A stretch of DNA of 64,000 nucleotides, taken from IMG/VR virus record IMGVR_UViG_3300029288_000060, positions 128,001 to 192,000 of that record; one strand, given 5' to 3'. A model generated the notes under the pieces. That model saw only the letters and a list, made by a program, of their open reading frames with translations. It was not told the origin of the DNA and did not search any database. This document shows, one piece after another, positions 50,599-60,731 of the stretch; the stretch's first letter is position 1; each line of letters begins with the position of its first letter. The translations under genes were made by a program, and so were the position numbers. This DNA is from a virus (taxonomy: Duplodnaviria > Caudoviricetes).

Positions 50599-50623
50599 TT
50601 ATTTCATAAATAAATATATGTAG
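50599..50623 (-). promoter_or_regulatory. Candidate phage promoter motif, copy 2
   Basis: CTACATATATTTATTTATGAAATAA upstream of the 483-aa gene. Confidence 0.5.
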
Positions 50624-50647
50624 TTGATATTTCTATAATTAAAAATA

Positions 50648-51382
50648 TTATTCATCATCGTCATCATCCGCAAATAAAGCTTTTAATCTATCAATTCCTG
50701 CTGAAAATGAATTTTCTATCTGAGTATTAACATATGATATTTGATTTGTAACTCTATTGATTGATTGAATTGTAGGTCCAGGAATTCCTTGATTACTCAA
50801 AAACTCATCAGTATTAAAATTTCCATATGTATCAATATTAAACATTGTTAAAAAAGATTCTAATTGAAATAATCTTGAAGTTATATCAGTTCCACAAATA
50901 TTGCTCATACAAGTTAAATCTTGTAATGATTCAGGAACTAATAAATTCATTTTAGATGAATCAAGATAATCTGTTAAATTTGTAATTGTGTTTGCTAAAT
51001 TAAACTCTGTTGGTAATGCAGTAGCTAAACTGCCTAAAACATTATTTGCATTTAATTTAACAGAGTCCATAATACTTCTCGCTAATGTTGATGGTTTTGA
51101 TAACATAGAATCATTTTTTGTAAATTGACAAGAATTTGCTAAAGTAGGAATTTCATTAAATTGAGCTATATCTGGAACCATAGAACTTAAATTAGATACC
51201 ACATCTAATTCAAATTGTTTAATTGCAGAATGTGGAGAAAAACCGCTTGATGTGGCTATATCTAATTTTAAAATATTAGTAAAACTAGTTATTTGATTAC
51301 CTGTACAGGTAATCAAATTTAATCTTTTATCAAATTCATCAGTCAATTTAGAACAAAATCCTTGTTTTAATACACTAAACAT
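50648..51382 (-). CDS. Hypothetical protein, possibly virion-associated
   Basis: 244 aa, Ser/Thr/Asn-rich and Lys-poor, next to the baseplate spike gene. Confidence 0.55.
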   Translation of the reverse strand: MFSVLKQGFCSKLTDEFDKRLNLITCTGNQITSFTNILKLDIATSSGFSPHSAIKQFELDVVSNLSSMVPDIAQFNEIPTLANSCQFTKNDSMLSKPSTLARSIMDSVKLNANNVLGSLATALPTEFNLANTITNLTDYLDSSKMNLLVPESLQDLTCMSNICGTDITSRLFQLESFLTMFNIDTYGNFNTDEFLSNQGIPGPTIQSINRVTNQISYVNTQIENSFSAGIDRLKALFADDDDDE

Positions 51383-51402
51383 AAAAACTCTCCTATAAAA
51401 AT

Positions 51403-52299
51403 TTACCTGTCACCACTCGGAGTTGCACCTGTAGCACTAGTTGCTGGTCCAGCAGCCCCACAATTTTCATTTATTTTAGAACCATCCATATTAACTGGAC
51501 CACCTGCTAATTCATTTATATTACCTCCTGCTTGTATATTTACATTTCCGTCTCCTTTGTTATTTATATTTCCTGCTGCGTGTAAATTAATATCTGCCCC
51601 TGCTTTAAAGTGAATACTATCAGCAGCTTTCATATAAATACTTCCATTAGATTTAATATGAATATCTGACTGTACGGAAATTTGTAATTTCTGATTCTCC
51701 ACATCAAAATTTATATAATCCCCTTTGTGACTTCTAAATAAAATTTTTTCCTTGCCTGCTCTTTCATCAATTAAAATTGTTGTTTGATTGCCATCAATGG
51801 TATAAACAGACGATGTATCACCAACTGGTGGCGATGACAATTGTCTCTTTTTTCCAGTAATCTCAACTCGCTCATCAGAGGTATCATCAGAAATTACTAT
51901 CGTTCTGCCAGAATGACTTTTATATATAACCCATTTTTTTTCTGGACTACCACCCAATTGACATTCTGGTAAAACTTTTGTATTTTCTAAATCTAGTCCA
52001 CATAAATAATATGGTTTACTTGGGTTTTCATTTTCAAAAAACACCAATACCCAACTTCCTATAGGAGGGACATAACATGACCCAGCATAAAAATGTTGTT
52101 CATTTCCACTAGCATTTAAACCTGATATTGGATTATTTGCAGGTCTTGCCCATGCAACCTCATTACCAGTAACACCTGGCATAGTATCAGGAATTTTAAC
52201 CCTAACTCTTCCATGCATCTGGGGATCTTTATTATCAGTTACTTCTGCTCTAAAGAACCCACTTAATTTAGATTTATCTTCTTTTTCAGTTCCCATCAT
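51403..52299 (-). CDS. Baseplate hub/spike protein (T4 gp5/VgrG OB fold plus beta-helix repeats)
   Basis: VTDNKDP...GRVRVKIP, WARP, VPPIGSWVLVFFE; C-terminal 8-residue repeats (INLHAAGN, VNIQAGGN). Confidence 0.85.
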   Translation of the reverse strand: MMGTEKEDKSKLSGFFRAEVTDNKDPQMHGRVRVKIPDTMPGVTGNEVAWARPANNPISGLNASGNEQHFYAGSCYVPPIGSWVLVFFENENPSKPYYLCGLDLENTKVLPECQLGGSPEKKWVIYKSHSGRTIVISDDTSDERVEITGKKRQLSSPPVGDTSSVYTIDGNQTTILIDERAGKEKILFRSHKGDYINFDVENQKLQISVQSDIHIKSNGSIYMKAADSIHFKAGADINLHAAGNINNKGDGNVNIQAGGNINELAGGPVNMDGSKINENCGAAGPATSATGATPSGDR

Positions 52300-52311
52300 A
52301 TCTTTATATTC

Positions 52312-53208
52312 CTATTTAAAAAATAACTTTGAAATTTCAATAATTCTCAAAAAACTATCCTCATTATATTTTGAAATGTATGTTGGAACTATATTAGATC
52401 CTTTCATACTGATAGATGTCATGATACAAATAAATCTAGCAAAATCCTCAAGAGCAGGTAAAAAACTTATTCCTGTAGTTCTAAAAAATTTACTAGTAAA
52501 TGAATATTTATCAATTCCTGGCATAACACCAAAATCAGATAATGATTTAATAAAATTTTCAATATTAGTAAAATCAAAAGTGTTTAGTTTATCTTCAATA
52601 TCACTATAATTAAAAGAAGATACTGCTGATGCTAATTTGTAAGATTTATTTCCTGTAACTCCAAAAAATGATGACAATACATAACAATTAACTAGAAAAT
52701 TCAAAATACCAATATTTGATGAATACATTCCTAGTAATCCATATTCTTTTCCAAATAAACCAATTATCATACTAAAAAGGAAATTAGCAATAGGAATAAA
52801 ATTGTTGGTTTTAATTTTTTGACTGGATTCAATTAAATTTTTAAATAGAATACCATAAACTAATTGAGTATATATATTTTTCGGATCTGGTTCTGTTGAA
52901 TAGATATCATCTACATTAAAGGGAGATAAATTTAATATAATTTGTTTTGTAGGTTTATTATATGAAACATGTAAATTATATGAAGGATGATTAATAACAG
53001 CAACTATTTTTCTTTTTTCAAGATCAGAAATTAACTTATAAACTTTATCTTTGGTATAATGATTAATCCTATTTTTATTTAGTTCTAAAACAATAAAAAT
53101 TTTTCTTGGACCATTTGATACTGAATAACTTTTTATTTCTTTTGAACTTAAAGTTAAAATATTAGGTACACCTTTTAATAAAATAAAATTTTCTTTTATA
53201 GTTACCAT
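52312..53208 (-). CDS. Hypothetical protein
   Basis: 298-aa ORF. Confidence 0.65.
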   Translation of the reverse strand: MVTIKENFILLKGVPNILTLSSKEIKSYSVSNGPRKIFIVLELNKNRINHYTKDKVYKLISDLEKRKIVAVINHPSYNLHVSYNKPTKQIILNLSPFNVDDIYSTEPDPKNIYTQLVYGILFKNLIESSQKIKTNNFIPIANFLFSMIIGLFGKEYGLLGMYSSNIGILNFLVNCYVLSSFFGVTGNKSYKLASAVSSFNYSDIEDKLNTFDFTNIENFIKSLSDFGVMPGIDKYSFTSKFFRTTGISFLPALEDFARFICIMTSISMKGSNIVPTYISKYNEDSFLRIIEISKLFFK

Positions 53209-53597
53209 TCAATTTTCTCCAATGTATCAACATCATCTTTTTTACTAAATTTATCATCACAAATTTGAATTATAGATTCTATTGTAGGTAAAACAACTTT
53301 AGAAACATCAAAATCCTCAGGAGAAAAAACACCATTTACATACATCAATAAGTACTCAAGTGTGACAACACCGTATTGATCATAAGATAATAACCAAGGT
53401 TTTCTGATATATTTTGGTTCTAAATCAACCTCAATAGAATTCTTTAAAAGAAAAAATAGATTTTTTTCAATTGTCCATAAGGAAGGTGAAGTAAACGTAT
53501 ATATCCCATTTGAAGTTTGATATCGATCAGCCATAAAATCAAGATCAAGTGGAATCCTAATTCTTTGGTTTACTTCAGCATCAATAGTTTTTGACAT
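53202..53597 (-). CDS. Baseplate wedge gp53/LysM-like protein
   Basis: KPWLLSYDQYG...LEYLLMYVNG...P pattern. Confidence 0.6.
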   Translation of the reverse strand: MSKTIDAEVNQRIRIPLDLDFMADRYQTSNGIYTFTSPSLWTIEKNLFFLLKNSIEVDLEPKYIRKPWLLSYDQYGVVTLEYLLMYVNGVFSPEDFDVSKVVLPTIESIIQICDDKFSKKDDVDTLEKIEW

Positions 53598-53598
53598 T

Positions 53599-54207
53599 TT
53601 ATTTAACCATTTCCTCCAAACCAGGATAATTATCTGCAGACCAATTACAATTATGATCAGTTATCGACAATCTATTATTAATAATTTCTAAATCCTCTTC
53701 ATCTAAATATTTAGAATATTCTTCTAAATATGCAGTAAAATTACCTTTGATTAAACTTTTAGGAATATTTAAAAACCCATTATGAAATTTTTCGTGGATT
53801 GATGAAACTAAAACAGTAAAACCTATCCAATTTTTAAAATGTAATTCAATGGTTTTCATTGCAATATCAAAACTACAAAATGGTTCTTCTTTTTCTAATT
53901 TTTCATTTACTAAAGATTTCACAACTGTAAATAAACTAACTGGATGATGATGTATCTCAATTCCACACTGATCCATTCTTTCTTCTGTTATAGCACAAGA
54001 TTGGATTTGTAAAACATCAGTTATATAATTTCTCCATAATTTATATTCTAAACAACCTCGAATCAATTTTTCACAATTCTTTATAAATTTATTATAACCT
54101 GCTTCATCTTCAAAATTTTGAATTCTCAAAGATAAATTAAATGGATAATTATCACTATATAATTCTAGTTTTTCTACATTACTTTTAATTTCATTTTCTT
54201 CTGTCAT
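53599..54207 (-). CDS. HNH-like phage protein
   Basis: CAIT...IEIHHHP...HEKFH. Confidence 0.5.
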   Translation of the reverse strand: MTEENEIKSNVEKLELYSDNYPFNLSLRIQNFEDEAGYNKFIKNCEKLIRGCLEYKLWRNYITDVLQIQSCAITEERMDQCGIEIHHHPVSLFTVVKSLVNEKLEKEEPFCSFDIAMKTIELHFKNWIGFTVLVSSIHEKFHNGFLNIPKSLIKGNFTAYLEEYSKYLDEEDLEIINNRLSITDHNCNWSADNYPGLEEMVK

Positions 54208-54208
54208 T

Positions 54209-55240
54209 TTAAGAAATCCTCTTTAGGTAATTAGATATAGTTTGTTTTGATTCTCCTACAAGTTTTTTAATTGAAACAGATGTTTTAAAGAATGGACTAG
54301 ATGCTCTCTTGATATCTTCTAATTTTTCATATACTTTTCCTTGTTCTTTACCAAGGGATGAATAAATGAATTGGTATGAAACAGTGGAACATAATCCATG
54401 AAATTCTTTCATACAAAAAATAGCTCGTTTATTTACATCATCCATAGCAACAAATGAATTCCAACCTAGTTTATGAAGTTTATGAATTCCTCCTGCATTC
54501 TTAAAAAATTGACTATCAGTCATGTCTGCATAATTTAATAAACAAAAAACAAATCTTTTATGGAATGTTGATGCCCATAAAATATCTTTTTCTGGATCAC
54601 CAGTTATAACTCTATCTTTTAAAAATGGTACTCTTAGTCCTCTACATAATGACCAAAAAGATCTAATTACTTTTCTATAAATTCGTAAACCTAAAACATC
54701 AAAAAACTTCATAGATGCATCTACCGTTAATAAATCTGCCAAGGAATAATCATCTTTTGATTTAACTGGAACTGGTATAACTTTAACACCGATTATTCTT
54801 GTACCTGTTGTGGTTGTGACTATTGTATAAGTAGGTTCTAAGGAAAGATTTTGATCATCAGGCATATCAACTCTAACTGTTCCTAAATCTCTAAGACTTC
54901 TTGTTGTATCTAATGCAGTTTGTATACTTGAAGATTTCTTTTCTCTTTCATATTTGTCCACATCCATAGCAAATTTTATTTTTTCTCTTTCTTCTTGTTC
55001 TGGAGTCTTCATCTTGTCTTCTGATAAAACATTACTTGATTCATTAGCAGTTTTTGCCACAATACTCGAAGCTGCAGCTGCAGCAAGTTTACCACCAACT
55101 TGTAAAATTTTTAACCCTGTTATTTTCATAATTGCATCTAATTCATATATTAAAACAAATCTTTCTAGAGCTTTACACACTCCAGGAAGTGCATTTAATG
55201 ATACACTCTCATCAGTAAGCATAGGAAACACAACAATCAT
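54209..55240 (-). CDS. Hypothetical protein
   Basis: 343-aa ORF with GGAGG RBS. Confidence 0.65.
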   Translation of the reverse strand: MIVVFPMLTDESVSLNALPGVCKALERFVLIYELDAIMKITGLKILQVGGKLAAAAASSIVAKTANESSNVLSEDKMKTPEQEEREKIKFAMDVDKYEREKKSSSIQTALDTTRSLRDLGTVRVDMPDDQNLSLEPTYTIVTTTTGTRIIGVKVIPVPVKSKDDYSLADLLTVDASMKFFDVLGLRIYRKVIRSFWSLCRGLRVPFLKDRVITGDPEKDILWASTFHKRFVFCLLNYADMTDSQFFKNAGGIHKLHKLGWNSFVAMDDVNKRAIFCMKEFHGLCSTVSYQFIYSSLGKEQGKVYEKLEDIKRASSPFFKTSVSIKKLVGESKQTISNYLKRIS

Positions 55241-55269
55241 TTATTTGTCCTCCAATTAATAATTTAAAA

Positions 55270-56241
55270 TCATAACAAAAATATAGATTCTTTTTTTGTT
55301 TCTGGTTGAATTTCTTCAAAAGAAATATCTATTTGTTTTTCTTTAATTTTTTTCTCTTTTTTACTATAAGGTTTATTCATTTTTGATTCATCTTTTTCAC
55401 AATATGATACATAAGGACACCATTTACATTGTTCCATATTTGAATTTATTGGTTCTGGTACTATTTTTGTATTAACACAATTATGTAACAAAACTGCATA
55501 TTCTAAAAAAGAAATAGCAACTTTATCATCAATAGGTAAATCAATAGTGTAAGGTCTTCTTTTTAAATTATCTCTAAAAAAATAAACTAATGTTATAGTT
55601 TTAATATCATAATTATATTCTGTATTTAATATATAAGCATAAATAATTGGTTGGTAATAATGTTCTGTTATATATTTTCCAGAAAATTTTGATTCATCTA
55701 ATGTTTTAAATTCATATAAAACTTTATCATTAATTGCATCACATCTGCCTTTAACTTTATATTTTTCACTTACTATTGTTTTTTCTATTTCTGTAAAATT
55801 GTATATTTCTTGTACATAATCATGGACTGTATTACCAACTGCATTAATCAAATCTAAATATGCAAAATTAAATTGTTTCTTTAAATCAGTAGAATACTTT
55901 AATCTTGAATAATATGATTTTCTTAAACAGTAAAATAATTCAGATACAGATATATAAGGTCTTTCATAACTTTGTAATTTTTTATAATTATCTATTAGTT
56001 TTGATCTCATTAATGTTTCAAATTTTTCAACATCAAAACCAACGGAATTACTTGAAAGTTGAGGAGTGTCAAGACTAGTTTTTTCTTGGCACTCCTCAAT
56101 TATTTTCTTTGTAGAAGTAAGTTCTGTTTTCTTTGAAATATCTTCAAAGCTTTTAATTTTGTTTATCTCATTTTTTTTAGTTTTAAAACTAGGTCTGTTT
56201 TGTTTATCTAAATAAGATAACAAAATTTCATATTCATTCAC
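55270..56241 (-). CDS. Cas4-like PD-(D/E)XK exonuclease with Fe-S Cys motif
   Basis: CLRK, G...H, GRCDA, YEFKT, Q...Y, CKWCPYVSYC. Confidence 0.82.
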   Translation of the reverse strand: MNEYEILLSYLDKQNRPSFKTKKNEINKIKSFEDISKKTELTSTKKIIEECQEKTSLDTPQLSSNSVGFDVEKFETLMRSKLIDNYKKLQSYERPYISVSELFYCLRKSYYSRLKYSTDLKKQFNFAYLDLINAVGNTVHDYVQEIYNFTEIEKTIVSEKYKVKGRCDAINDKVLYEFKTLDESKFSGKYITEHYYQPIIYAYILNTEYNYDIKTITLVYFFRDNLKRRPYTIDLPIDDKVAISFLEYAVLLHNCVNTKIVPEPINSNMEQCKWCPYVSYCEKDESKMNKPYSKKEKKIKEKQIDISFEEIQPETKKESIFLL

Positions 56242-56277
56242 ATACGCCCTCGCTATATTATTAAATCATTTTGTAAC

Positions 56278-57065
56278 TTATACTAGTGCAGCCATTGCTT
56301 CTGGTAAACTCTTTCCTGTTGCATTTGCAAGTCTTTGTCCAAAACGTAACTTTAAAGCATGTAAACTAGATGGATTTAATTTACCTGCAGCAGACAACGA
56401 ATTTCTTTGGTTTTTGAACATACTTATTATAGGTTTTACAAAAGGACCTGTTATACCTTCATCAACAATTTCTTCGTCATCTACTTTTTTTTTATTTCTT
56501 CATCAACATCATTTTCAAGAATATTCATTGCTGCTTCTACAAGATTATCCCTTAAAATTTTATAGGCGTCTTCAATGATTTTTCCATTCCAAGTATTTAG
56601 TTTATTAATTTTCTTTGATTCAGTAATAGCCCGACCAATTAAAAGATTATCTATAGCTAATGAAAATGCTTTTGTTCGAATTTTTTCCTGGACAATCTTT
56701 TCAATATCAATCTTGTTATTTTTTATCTTAGAAATAGATTCACGTAATTCAGTTTTGACACTTTTTCTTCCTTGTTTTGAGGTTACCAACTTTTTACAAT
56801 TTTCTCTTGCAATAATAGCACTTTCCCTTGCCATTTTTCTTAAACCACTAGCATCTACCTTTTCAGTCAGCGTAGATGGATTATGTTTTACTAATTTATA
56901 CATTTCAATAACAAGAGACATTAAAGCACCTTTTATTGAAAAATACTCCTCTACAAAAACAGGGCAACAAACGTTTACCTTAGATACAGGTTTACCAAAT
57001 AAAACATAATCTAATGAATAAAAATTTTCAAGCACTCTGATCTTTGATTCTTTTTTCAATTTCAT
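56278..57065 (-). CDS. Hypothetical protein (194 aa) with a 68-aa -1 frame extension after an A9G run
   Basis: Ends ATA AAA AAA AAG TAG; the -1 frame continues VDDEEIVDEGITGPFVKP...LPEAMAALV to TAA at 56278-56280. Confidence 0.65.
56484..56493 (-). other. Slippery A9G run (ATA AAA AAA AAG TAG)
   Basis: Nine T at 56485-56493 on +, same codon phase as the site at 43800. Confidence 0.65.
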
Positions 57066-57096
57066 TTCTATCCCTCCGTAAAGTTATTACTTTTTT

Positions 57097-57396
57097 TTAT
57101 TCTTTTGGTCTTATTTTGAAAGCTGATTTTTCATCATCAATAATTTCAATAAAAATATCTTTCTTATCACCTGTAAATTTAGTGTTCTTAGCTGCTATGG
57201 TAATAATTTTAATTGATTCTATACATCTACCTTTACGACCAATTATTTTTCCAAAATCAATTGGATTGGCAACTATTTGGACTAGAATTGATTTTGTTGT
57301 TGATGTAACTTGAATATTTACTTCATCTGGTTTATCAACAATTTCTTTTACTAAATACTCAACCAATGTTTTTATTGATTCTGTTATTTCATTCAT
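57097..57396 (-). CDS. khpA: KH-domain RNA-binding protein (KhpA-like)
   Basis: LVEYLVKEIVDKPDEV, DFGKIIGRKGR (GxxG loop). Confidence 0.85.
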   Translation of the reverse strand: MNEITESIKTLVEYLVKEIVDKPDEVNIQVTSTTKSILVQIVANPIDFGKIIGRKGRCIESIKIITIAAKNTKFTGDKKDIFIEIIDDEKSAFKIRPKE

Positions 57397-57501
57397 ATTA
57401 AACTCCTTATTCGAAATTCATATTTTTACTAGATTTATTATTTGTTCTTAGAATAAGTTAGAATCAGTATCTCAAGTTTGTTTCTTGTAGATACAGTATT
57501 T

Positions 57502-57690
57502 TTATTGTAAAGGTTCATGTAATTTTTTATATGTCTTTGTTTTAAATAATTTACTAAAAAAACCAACAGGACCACTCAACAACCATTTTGCAAATTCAGG
57601 ATCTAATTCTTCAAGTGTTCTCGCTCCTGCTTCCCATCTCTTATTAAATTCTTCACTCGTCAATTGTAGAGGTGGCGGTACGAATCCCAT
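57502..57690 (-). CDS. Small hypothetical protein
   Basis: 62-aa ORF with AGGAG RBS. Confidence 0.55.
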   Translation of the reverse strand: MGFVPPPLQLTSEEFNKRWEAGARTLEELDPEFAKWLLSGPVGFFSKLFKTKTYKKLHEPLQ

Positions 57691-57712
57691 ATAATTCTCC
57701 TTAATATTTATT

Positions 57713-59206
57713 TTACTTCAATTCTTTTTCTAAATCCATTAGTGCTGACCATAAAGAAGGAATTGTTTTTTCATGTCTTCCTTTTAAATAAAAACTTTTT
57801 CCACCATCTGCAATAGTTCTTACAAGTATTGTCTTCCATGGTCTAAAAAAGTTTAAAGGTTCATCTTTCATAGGTAATGAATTTATATTTTCTGGTAAAT
57901 CATGTAAATCACAAACCAATGTGGTAAAATTATTTAACTTCTCTGATTTTTGATTACTTACATTTCTTGACATACTCAATGCTTTTAAAAAAACTTCTGG
58001 AGCCATTGTTGCGCTACCAAAACTCATCAACACTCCATTTTCAAGTTTACTTACATGATTTGTAAATTTTAAAAAATCAGTGTAGGACATTTCTCCAGTT
58101 GCTGCACCATTAAAATTTGGATGTTCATGAATAATATCATATCCGATTCCTACATGAACAGTTATTGGTATATTTAAACTAAAACATGTACCAAAAATAC
58201 TAAGTTTCTTATTTGGGTAATTTGATTTCCAAATTTCTTTTCCTACAGCTTCACCAATTCCAATATATTCTTTTTTTAAAAAACTTTTATTTATAATTTC
58301 GTTTATATTTCCAGTTTCTTTCCATAAACCAAATTGTCCATCTGATATATATGTTGATACATTCTCTGATGTTGCTCCAATTAAAGAAAATTCATAATCA
58401 TGAATAAGACAGGCCCCATTTGTAGCAATACAAGTTATATAACCCCTTTTTAATAGATCAATAATATATTTTTGCATGCCAGTTTTTATAACGTGAGCGC
58501 CCATCATAAAAATAATTTCTTTATGTTTTTTCTTTGCTTTTATAATCTCAATAGCAACAGTTCTTGTATCATTATTATATAAACTAGTTTTTGTTAACTT
58601 TTTTATATTAGATAAATTATAATCATGTTTTCTTTCTGAAAGTGATTTTAGAATTAACTTATCTCTATTAAATAAATTATTTTCTTTTCCATACCATATA
58701 TATTCTAATATATCTTGCCAAGTTTTCGCTAAAAAATCTGGTTTAATAGAAAAATTTTCTACAGAATTATTATTAAATAATATAGTTTTACAACCTGCAT
58801 TTTTTCCAGCTTCAATATCTGTTAATCTATCACCAATCATATATGATTTTGTCAGGTCAATTTTATATTTTGAGGATGCCCAGAAGAACATTGTAGGTGA
58901 AGGTTTTCTACAAATACAATGTTCTTCTGGTTTGTGTGGACAATAATAAACAAAATCAATTTTTATATCATGTTCTTTTAAAAGTGAAATAACTTTAAAA
59001 TGTACAGCTTTAAATTGTTCTGATGTTATTTTACCTCTATTAATACCAGATTGATTACTAATAATTATCAATTTAAACTTTGTTTGTAAAATTTTTAAAG
59101 TATCTATAATTCCTGGTATAAGATTCGCATGGTCTGGATTACTTAAATAATTCAAATCTTCTATTATTGTACCATCTCTATCAAGAAATATTGCACGATT
59201 AGTCAT
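57713..59206 (-). CDS. GmhB-like heptose-1,7-bisphosphate phosphatase fused to a deoxyhypusine-synthase-like domain
   Basis: FLDRDGT, SNQSG, CPH...C.CRKP, IGDR..D in the first ~170 aa; MGAHVIK, IATNGA..IHD.E, TVHVGIG.DI.H.HP, GSA...PEVFLKA in the rest. Confidence 0.8.
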   Translation of the reverse strand: MTNRAIFLDRDGTIIEDLNYLSNPDHANLIPGIIDTLKILQTKFKLIIISNQSGINRGKITSEQFKAVHFKVISLLKEHDIKIDFVYYCPHKPEEHCICRKPSPTMFFWASSKYKIDLTKSYMIGDRLTDIEAGKNAGCKTILFNNNSVENFSIKPDFLAKTWQDILEYIWYGKENNLFNRDKLILKSLSERKHDYNLSNIKKLTKTSLYNNDTRTVAIEIIKAKKKHKEIIFMMGAHVIKTGMQKYIIDLLKRGYITCIATNGACLIHDYEFSLIGATSENVSTYISDGQFGLWKETGNINEIINKSFLKKEYIGIGEAVGKEIWKSNYPNKKLSIFGTCFSLNIPITVHVGIGYDIIHEHPNFNGAATGEMSYTDFLKFTNHVSKLENGVLMSFGSATMAPEVFLKALSMSRNVSNQKSEKLNNFTTLVCDLHDLPENINSLPMKDEPLNFFRPWKTILVRTIADGGKSFYLKGRHEKTIPSLWSALMDLEKELK

Positions 59207-59268
59207 TAATCTTTTACCTTTAATATTGATTGCCCTAATCCTATAAACATCTTTCAGATTTCAATCTA

Positions 59269-60723
59269 TTAAATATTTAATTCCAATTCAGTAGTTTCCT
59301 CTATTTGAGTTGAATTTGCTTTATTGAAAACTCCTTCAAAACTATATTTATCAAGAATCTCAGATTGAATTGTTTCTTTAACAGCTTTATCAAAGCCCTC
59401 TTTAAAAATCAAATTTGTTCTGTACACTTCAGGAAAGTCCTTAGTCCTCATTTTCACGGTTGGTAAGTCCACCAAATAATTCCACGCTCCTGTAGCCATT
59501 CTTTTATTATCTACTAAAAATTTGTAATTTGTGTGCAGATTGCTAAAACCTGTAACAAAATTACCAGCAATACTAATTTTGATATTCGGAGAAAATAATT
59601 TATTTTTGACACAATGTACTTCTGCAAAATAACCATCAAATCCTTGTTTTTCTATTGTAGTGGATTCTTTAGCTTTCATTTCTAATAAGTGAAAAGCATT
59701 AAATTTTAAAGCATTTCCGCCAGGCATAGTTTTACCTTGAGACATATACTTTAGTTCTTTTGCTGGCGCAAAGTTGCCAATACTGATTACATCTCTTAAC
59801 TGATTTACTGCTATTAAACAAATATTATATGTTGCCAATTTAGCAACATATTTTGGAATTAACAATGATAATAGTCTACCCTTATAACCAATTACTGAGT
59901 TAATATCCTCCACTTCTCTTTCTTTTTGAGTTAATGTATTTGCAACAGAATCCCACAAAATAATTGAAGGTGTGTCAATAATACCTTTTAATTCTTTATA
60001 TAAACACATTCCTTCAAGAAATTTAAAAACTTTTTCGACTGTAATATCATTATAAGGTTTTATTTTTGGATTTCTTACTCCTAGATTTGAACATCTAATT
60101 GTGGTGGTAGCTTCTTCTGAGTCTAACATTGAAACTAAAATATTACCGTTATATTTCCTCTGTGCCGCCCCCATAACCTGAATCGCAATCATTGACTTCC
60201 CAGAACCAGGATTTCCAGTTATGACTTCCATAGCGCCAATTGCAAAACCACCACCCAATATTGCATCTAACAAATCTATTCCTGTAGGAATAGTTTCTTT
60301 GATTCCTGTATCAGATTTAATATCAGTTTTATCTTCTAAAAAACTATTAAACTCCATATATAAATCTTTAGTTTTTTGATCCATACCATCAGAAATTTCT
60401 TCATCAGTCATTTCATAGTTAACTTCTTTTGGAGTAGGAATATCTTTTTTGACCGTTCCTGGTTTTCTTCCTGGTTTTTTCTTTTCTGGAGGTGGAGGCA
60501 CTTCTGCATTATATTTTTCTTTATCTTCCGCTGAAATATCTATTTTGAGCGAGCTAATACTTTTATTTATTTCTGCTAGATCTACTTCTGGAAATGGTTC
60601 TTCCGTATTTTCAGAATTCTCTTCATATATTTCTTCGTTCTCATTTACTATTTCAACTTCTTTGTTCTCTTTTTCTTCGTTATTCTCAATATTCACATTA
60701 TCTGTAATCAATTCTTCCATCAT
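59269..60723 (-). CDS. RecA/UvsX-like recombinase with long acidic N-terminal extension
   Basis: TGIDLLDAILGGG, GNPGSGKS, WDSVA, VNQLR, PGGNALKF, VKNK. Confidence 0.88.
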   Translation of the reverse strand: MMEELITDNVNIENNEEKENKEVEIVNENEEIYEENSENTEEPFPEVDLAEINKSISSLKIDISAEDKEKYNAEVPPPPEKKKPGRKPGTVKKDIPTPKEVNYEMTDEEISDGMDQKTKDLYMEFNSFLEDKTDIKSDTGIKETIPTGIDLLDAILGGGFAIGAMEVITGNPGSGKSMIAIQVMGAAQRKYNGNILVSMLDSEEATTTIRCSNLGVRNPKIKPYNDITVEKVFKFLEGMCLYKELKGIIDTPSIILWDSVANTLTQKEREVEDINSVIGYKGRLLSLLIPKYVAKLATYNICLIAVNQLRDVISIGNFAPAKELKYMSQGKTMPGGNALKFNAFHLLEMKAKESTTIEKQGFDGYFAEVHCVKNKLFSPNIKISIAGNFVTGFSNLHTNYKFLVDNKRMATGAWNYLVDLPTVKMRTKDFPEVYRTNLIFKEGFDKAVKETIQSEILDKYSFEGVFNKANSTQIEETTELELNI

Positions 60724-60731
60724 AATCTCCT

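Noticed and set aside
55270-56241. CRISPR-Cas system suggested by the Cas4-like gene
   Set aside because: No repeat-spacer array or other cas gene seen; solo Cas4-like nucleases are common in phages
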